From: Candidatus Sungbacteria bacterium RIFCSPLOWO2_01_FULL_47_32
GTDB taxonomy: Bacteria; Patescibacteriota; Minisyncoccia; Sungbacterales; GWA2-42-14
DNA: 64,000 nucleotides
Assembly: GCA_001820685.1 (NCBI GenBank)
Contig: MHQP01000009.1
Coordinates: 808 to 64,807 of the forward strand
Direction: 5' to 3'
Shown: piece after piece, positions 59,256 through 64,000 of the stretch
Layout: every line of letters begins with the position of its first letter
Position numbering within the stretch: the first letter of the stretch is position 1
The notes under the pieces: generated by a model
What the model was told of the DNA's origin: nothing
The model's database searches: none
The model's input: only the letters and a program-made list of their open reading frames with translations
Translations under genes and position numbers: made by a program

Positions 59256-59948
59256 ATGGACCAGAACGAAACGGCATATCTTTTCAGCGCTCTTATGACC
59301 GCGCGCGAATGGGTCAGAGTAAAACAGCAGACAAGAAATATCAGAGACATTCCGTATTTTCGGGACCCTGACAATACGTGGGTGGACGAGCGGGCCGAGA
59401 TAGGCGCAGGAACCAGGGTATTTCCCGGGTGTGTCATTATGGGGGAGACCGTCATCGGCAAAAACTGCGTTATCTGGCCACACGCTGTTATTTTTAACGT
59501 TAAGACCGAAGACAATGTTACGATAGCTCTTCCGCATCTGAAAAACTGCGCGATAGGCCGAGGGTCCGTCGTGGGTTCTCTTTCGGAACTTAACCGAACG
59601 GAACTTGGAAAAGAAGTGAAGATGCAGCATCATGGATATCTTGGAGATACAACAGTTGGGGATGGCTCGAACATAGGGGCGGGTACCATTACGGCAAATT
59701 ATGACGGTAAAAATAAGCATAAAACCGTTCTCGGCACCGGTTCGTCAACGGGGGTTCATACAACCCTTATTGCACCGAATAAACTTCCTGAAGGGGTATA
59801 CATTGCCGCGCACTCCGTTGTTCCAGCAAGCGCCAATGATAAAATAGAGGGTGGTATTCCTCCTTTCTCGCTTCTTATCAGCCGAGTAAAGGAACTTATC
59901 TGCAAATCCCTCAAGCGAAACGAACAAAAGCCAAAAATGGAGAAGTAA
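59256..59948 (+). CDS. Stand-alone GlmU-type acetyltransferase (left-handed beta helix)
   Basis: DP.NT.VD, H.GYLGD, NIGAGTITANYDG.NKHKT and LIAP. No uridyltransferase domain. GGAGG SD. Confidence 0.85.
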   Translation: MDQNETAYLFSALMTAREWVRVKQQTRNIRDIPYFRDPDNTWVDERAEIGAGTRVFPGCVIMGETVIGKNCVIWPHAVIFNVKTEDNVTIALPHLKNCAIGRGSVVGSLSELNRTELGKEVKMQHHGYLGDTTVGDGSNIGAGTITANYDGKNKHKTVLGTGSSTGVHTTLIAPNKLPEGVYIAAHSVVPASANDKIEGGIPPFSLLISRVKELICKSLKRNEQKPKMEK

Positions 59949-59950
59949 CC

Positions 59951-60205
59951 ATGGTGCCCCAGGACACAGACCATCTGAAAAATTTTTGCCACAAACATTT
60001 TGCGTCGTATCGGTTTTTTACTATCAGTAGGAAAGTTTTTGGATATCCGCTTGGTTCGTTGGGGCGGAAGGAAGATACCGATATTATCGTGTCCTATTGC
60101 CCGCGAGAAGATTGCACGGTATACGAAATGAATCCTTCCGCGTATAATATTTGGGCGGGTGCGCTGGGGGATACGATTCAGAACCAACTCCTTGTTGATA
60201 CATGA
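59951..60205 (+). CDS. Small putative Zn-binding protein (CxxH...CPxxxC)
   Basis: Similar to 60304-60615. Confidence 0.6.
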   Translation: MVPQDTDHLKNFCHKHFASYRFFTISRKVFGYPLGSLGRKEDTDIIVSYCPREDCTVYEMNPSAYNIWAGALGDTIQNQLLVDT

Positions 60206-60303
60206 TTCGGGTTCGCGTCCTTGAATGGAAGATGGCGGAGAGGGCACAGAGCAAAACTCCGGGCCTTACAGAGTAAAACCCCCACAACCCGAAAGGAGCA
60301 ATC

Positions 60304-60615
60304 ATGACCACGCCTAACCTCGCCTCTCCCCCGAAAAGTGAAGAACAGACTTGCCGTGAGCACGGAACGCCCCTTCAGACGTTCGATCTTGCGAAAGAAT
60401 ATCTCGGCATGGACAGATACAGTTCTCTTGTCGTGCGTTACTGCCCGAACCTGCTCTGCCAGGTATATGTTTGCGATAAGCCCTATAAAATACGGAAAGT
60501 AACCGGCACGCTCGGAATTCAGCAGCCATACGACGACCTCACATTAAACGTCGTTATTCAGCTTCACATTCTGAAAAAACAGATCGCCCGCAATATGGTG
60601 GGCGACCAAAGATAG
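60304..60615 (+). CDS. Small putative Zn-binding protein (CxxH...CPxxxC)
   Basis: AAGGAG SD; terminator at 60616-60644. Confidence 0.65.
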   Translation: MTTPNLASPPKSEEQTCREHGTPLQTFDLAKEYLGMDRYSSLVVRYCPNLLCQVYVCDKPYKIRKVTGTLGIQQPYDDLTLNVVIQLHILKKQIARNMVGDQR

Positions 60616-60654
60616 AAACCCCGCGAAGTTTTCGCGGGATTTTTCATTTACTTT

Positions 60655-62835
60655 TTATTCGGGCGTATCCGTTGTTTCCGGCACTTCGGCGGTATCGGCC
60701 TGCGGAGCATCTTTTTTCATTTTATAGTCGCATTCCTTGCTGTTGCATTTGATGCCGTATTTCGTTTCTATTAAAGGATTTTCGCATTTCGGGCATTTTT
60801 CTCCCGTCGGTTTTCCCCACGCGGCGAACATGCAGTCGGGGTAGCGCGAACAGCCGAAGAAAATTTTTCCCTTGCGTGTTTTTTTGACGATAACATTTCC
60901 CTCAACGCATTTGGGGCAGGCCATGCCGAGATTCTGCTTTTCTTCAACGGATTTCAGAGATTTTGCGTTCTTGCAGTCCGGGAAGCCGGAGCATGCCATA
61001 AATTTGCCGAATCGTCCGTACCGGACTATCATGGGCTTTCCGCATTTTTCACAGACCTCATCCGTCGTCTCGACGGGAGTTTTTTTCTCAACTTCCGTGA
61101 ATTTTTCTTTAAGATTTTTTTCGAACGGAATGTAAAAATCCTTGATGACCGGCCGCCACTCCTTTTTACCTTCCGCAATCTCATCAAGCTCTTCTTCCAT
61201 TTTCGCGGTGAATTGGATATCGACGACAACCGGGAAGTGCTCGACCAAAAGGTCATTTACTACGAATCCGATGTCTGTCGGCTGAAAGCGCTTTTCATCG
61301 TTTTTAAGGACATACCCGCGGTCTTGAATGGTCGACATAATCGGCGCGTACGTTGAAGGGCGGCCGATGCCGAACTTTTCCAATGTTTTAACAAGCGAAG
61401 CTTCAGTAAATCGCGATGGCGGGTCGGTGTAATGCTGTCCCGGTTTTAGTTCTTTCGGTATCACTCCTTCGTCCTTTTTGAGTTCGGGCAGGAGTAGTTC
61501 GCCGATCTTAATTGGGTATACCTTAAGGAAGCCGTCGAATTTAATGATCTGGCCGTTTGAACGGAAGGTATAATGCGAAGCACGCGCGTGCTGGGGCTTC
61601 GGGCTCTTTGACGTTCCGATGTCTATTGCCGTCGCATCAAAAAGCGCATCGGGCATCTGGGTTGCGATGAAACGTTTCCAGACAAGGTCATACAAACGGT
61701 ACTGATTTCTATTCAAATACTGCCTGACGGATTCCGGATCCAGCTTCGGGTCTGTCGGGCGGATCGCTTCATGCGCTTCCTGCGCTCCTTTCGACTTTGT
61801 CTTGAAAATGCGAGGAGAAGGAAGAGCATAATTTTTGCCGAAGTTCGTTTCGATATATTCTTTTCCTGCGGCAAGCGCTTCTCCGGACATGTTTACCGAG
61901 TCCGTTCTCATATATGTGATAAGACCGACCGGACCTTCTCCGAGTTCGATGCCTTCATAGAGCTGCTGTGCTATGAGCATTGTCTGCTTTGCGGAAAATC
62001 GGAGGCGTCTCCATGCTTCCTGCTGAAGGGTGCTTGTTGTGAACGGGGGAGACGGCTTTTTTGAAACCGCGCGTTTTTCAATGGTTGAGACTTTCCACTC
62101 TGCCCCTTCAAGGTCGGCGACTATCTCTTTCGCTTCTTTTTCGTTTTGTATGCCAAACTTGTCGAGAACAACGTTGTCTATTTTGATGAGGTTTGCGGAA
62201 AATTCCACGGGAGATGTTTTCTCTTCTGCGGGGCTCAAAAGCGCTATAATGCTCCAGTATTCCTGTGGCTTAAAAGCCTGAATCTCTCGCTCGCGCTCGA
62301 CAATAAGCCGAACCGCGACGGATTGCACACGGCCCGCCGAAAGCCCCCGCGTTACTTTTTTCCATAAAAAAGGAGAAAGCTGGTATCCGACAAGTCGGTC
62401 AAGGATGCGCCGTGCCTGCTGGGCCGAAACAAGCCGCTCGTCAATAGGGCGCGGATGCGTCAGCGCTTCTTCAATCGCTTTTTTTGTTATCTCATGGAAC
62501 ACGATGCGTTCGGTCGTCTCAAGCTGTTTTTTTGTAAGGCCGAGCGCTTGTATCAGGTGCCAGGCGATTGCTTCTCCTTCGCGGTCCTCATCGGTCGCGA
62601 GTATTATTTTATCCGCCTCTTTTGCTCCAGCCTTCAGTTTTTTTACCACTGGCTGCGATCTCCTGGAAATAACATATTGCGGTTCGAAATTGTTTGCGGT
62701 GTCCACACCGAGTTTGTAGGCCGGAAGGTCGCGAATATGCCCATAACTTGATTCAATGATAAAATCAGCCCCGAGGAACCGGGAGATTGTTTTTGCCTTG
62801 GTTGGCGACTCAACAATGACGAGGTGTTTTGCCAT
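60655..62835 (-). CDS. topA: DNA topoisomerase I
   Basis: IVESP.KA, ATD.DREGE, SAGRVQS, ITYMRTD, AHEAIRP, GIGRPST and C-terminal Zn ribbons. Confidence 0.98.
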   Translation of the reverse strand: MAKHLVIVESPTKAKTISRFLGADFIIESSYGHIRDLPAYKLGVDTANNFEPQYVISRRSQPVVKKLKAGAKEADKIILATDEDREGEAIAWHLIQALGLTKKQLETTERIVFHEITKKAIEEALTHPRPIDERLVSAQQARRILDRLVGYQLSPFLWKKVTRGLSAGRVQSVAVRLIVEREREIQAFKPQEYWSIIALLSPAEEKTSPVEFSANLIKIDNVVLDKFGIQNEKEAKEIVADLEGAEWKVSTIEKRAVSKKPSPPFTTSTLQQEAWRRLRFSAKQTMLIAQQLYEGIELGEGPVGLITYMRTDSVNMSGEALAAGKEYIETNFGKNYALPSPRIFKTKSKGAQEAHEAIRPTDPKLDPESVRQYLNRNQYRLYDLVWKRFIATQMPDALFDATAIDIGTSKSPKPQHARASHYTFRSNGQIIKFDGFLKVYPIKIGELLLPELKKDEGVIPKELKPGQHYTDPPSRFTEASLVKTLEKFGIGRPSTYAPIMSTIQDRGYVLKNDEKRFQPTDIGFVVNDLLVEHFPVVVDIQFTAKMEEELDEIAEGKKEWRPVIKDFYIPFEKNLKEKFTEVEKKTPVETTDEVCEKCGKPMIVRYGRFGKFMACSGFPDCKNAKSLKSVEEKQNLGMACPKCVEGNVIVKKTRKGKIFFGCSRYPDCMFAAWGKPTGEKCPKCENPLIETKYGIKCNSKECDYKMKKDAPQADTAEVPETTDTPE

Positions 62836-62902
62836 TTTTTTGATTATACGATATGTGTCAAAAAATAAAAAATGCCGCTTTAAGAAATTCTTTTCGTATA
62901 CA

Positions 62903-63778
62903 CTATGAAATTTTCGTCCACTGCTCGTTTTCCATGCGTTTTACAAGTTTTTTGAGCTCAAGCATGGCAAGTGTTGAAAGAATTTGCGGTGTTGATAAAC
63001 CTGCTTTCAACTTCAGTTCCGCGACCGTGGACGGAGACGCTTCAAGGATTTCAAAAATCGTTTTTTCCTCTCCTTCGAGTGCCTTTTTTTGTTCAATTTT
63101 TCGCGCGGCCGGAAGGTGCTGGAGAGAGAGTTCTTCCAGAATGTCCTCGGCTGACGTTATCGCTTTCGCCCCTCTTTTGATGAGGCCATTTGGACCGGCG
63201 GACTCTTTTGAAAAAATTGAGCCTGGCAGGGCAAATACTTCACGGTCGTGTTCCAAAGCAAATCGTGCGGTAATTAAAGCGCCGGACCTTTCTTTTGCTT
63301 CGATGACGACAACCCCGAGCGAGAGACCCGAAACAATTCTGTTTCGTTCAGGGAAATGGTGCCATAATGGAGGAGTTCCTGCGGGGTATTCCGAAAGAAT
63401 GGCTCCTCCTTTGGTTATGATCTCATCGGCAAGATTTTTATTCTCTCTGGGGAAAATTGACGGCGCGTCAATTCCGGAACCGAGGACCGCAATAGTGCGA
63501 AGGCCGGATTTGAGCGCGGCTTTATGAGCGACGGTATCAATTCCTGACGCAAGTCCGCTTACTATCGTAAGTCCGGCAATTTCCGAAAGCTCGCGCACGA
63601 GTCTTTCGGTTGCTTCAACGCCGTAGCGGGTCGGTTTTCGGGTTCCAACAATTGCAAGGCATTGTTCTTCGGTCTTGAGCGTCCCGCGGACATAGAGAAC
63701 TTCGGGAGACGCGTGGATCTCGTGTAAACGCTTTGGGAAGACCGAATCGGTTTTTTGTATGACACGCATATCAGACAT
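62903..63778 (-). CDS. dprA: DNA-processing protein DprA
   Basis: AIVGTR, VSGLA.GID, FP.RNRI, SGALITA and a C-terminal winged helix. Confidence 0.96.
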   Translation of the reverse strand: MSDMRVIQKTDSVFPKRLHEIHASPEVLYVRGTLKTEEQCLAIVGTRKPTRYGVEATERLVRELSEIAGLTIVSGLASGIDTVAHKAALKSGLRTIAVLGSGIDAPSIFPRENKNLADEIITKGGAILSEYPAGTPPLWHHFPERNRIVSGLSLGVVVIEAKERSGALITARFALEHDREVFALPGSIFSKESAGPNGLIKRGAKAITSAEDILEELSLQHLPAARKIEQKKALEGEEKTIFEILEASPSTVAELKLKAGLSTPQILSTLAMLELKKLVKRMENEQWTKIS

Positions 63779-63904
63779 GAGGACACAATATAATAGAAAG
63801 AAATAATTTGGCAAGAGTGAGCGCCACCACATCTTGTGTGTTTTTCCATTTTATGGTACTTATTGCATCAAGTACATTGAAAATATATTGAGAGAATGGG
63901 CGCC

Positions 63905-64000
63905 ATGAATGCGAAGGCGAAAGACCTGCGCGGGCACTATGAAGTTGAGGAACGACTGAAAAATCAGGGCAACCGAGTTCATTATGAGCTCGTTCATTCC
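63905..64000 (+). CDS. Hypothetical protein, 5' part only
   Basis: ATG 63905 is open to the window end (MNAKAKDLRGHYEVEERL...). It is preceded by a -10-like element and boxA-like GTACATTGAAAA. Confidence 0.5.
   Translation, partial: MNAKAKDLRGHYEVEERLKNQGNRVHYELVHS

Noticed and set aside
1-64000. Genetic code 25 (UGA=Gly)
   Set aside because: Conserved genes are full length under code 11, and leuS and tatD end in TGA at the expected positions.

Overview
Chromosomal window that most likely comes from a Patescibacteria/CPR (Parcubacteria-like) genome. This is inferred from the gene set, a short Rel enzyme, an IleRS with an inserted domain, and short or absent 5' leaders. Genetic code 11 applies, with TGA used as a stop. 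The backbone is housekeeping: smpB, argS, ileS, recO, glyQS, an M16 peptidase, metG, tatD, leuS, glmS, rel, parB/parA, tRNA-Leu(CAA), folD, glyA, a deoxynucleoside kinase, dcd, tsaC, yvcK, topA and dprA. Many one- or two-gene accessory units are interleaved with it. I see no CRISPR array, integrase, transposase or rRNA. Six patterns stand out. (1) A dispersed ~95-nt hairpin element (4 full copies, 1 partial) has a conserved 43-nt loop, co-varying stems and TCGCT flanks. (2) About 17 accessory units share the layout sigma70 promoter, boxA-like motif, usually an SD, ORF, hairpin terminator, whereas many core genes look leaderless. (3) A split, permuted STT3/AglB-like glycosylation locus has a first gene fusing GT2, STT3 C-terminal core, AMMECR1 and an (alpha/alpha)6 toroid; it lies beside an atypical Lnt and an SH3b/Gly-rich surface protein. 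(4) Accessory genes repeatedly occur as tandem, diverged paralog pairs. (5) Heptamer repeats sit inside aminoacyl-tRNA synthetase coding sequences. (6) A histidine-phosphatase domain is inserted in IleRS. All calls are by-eye motif recognition; no database search was run.
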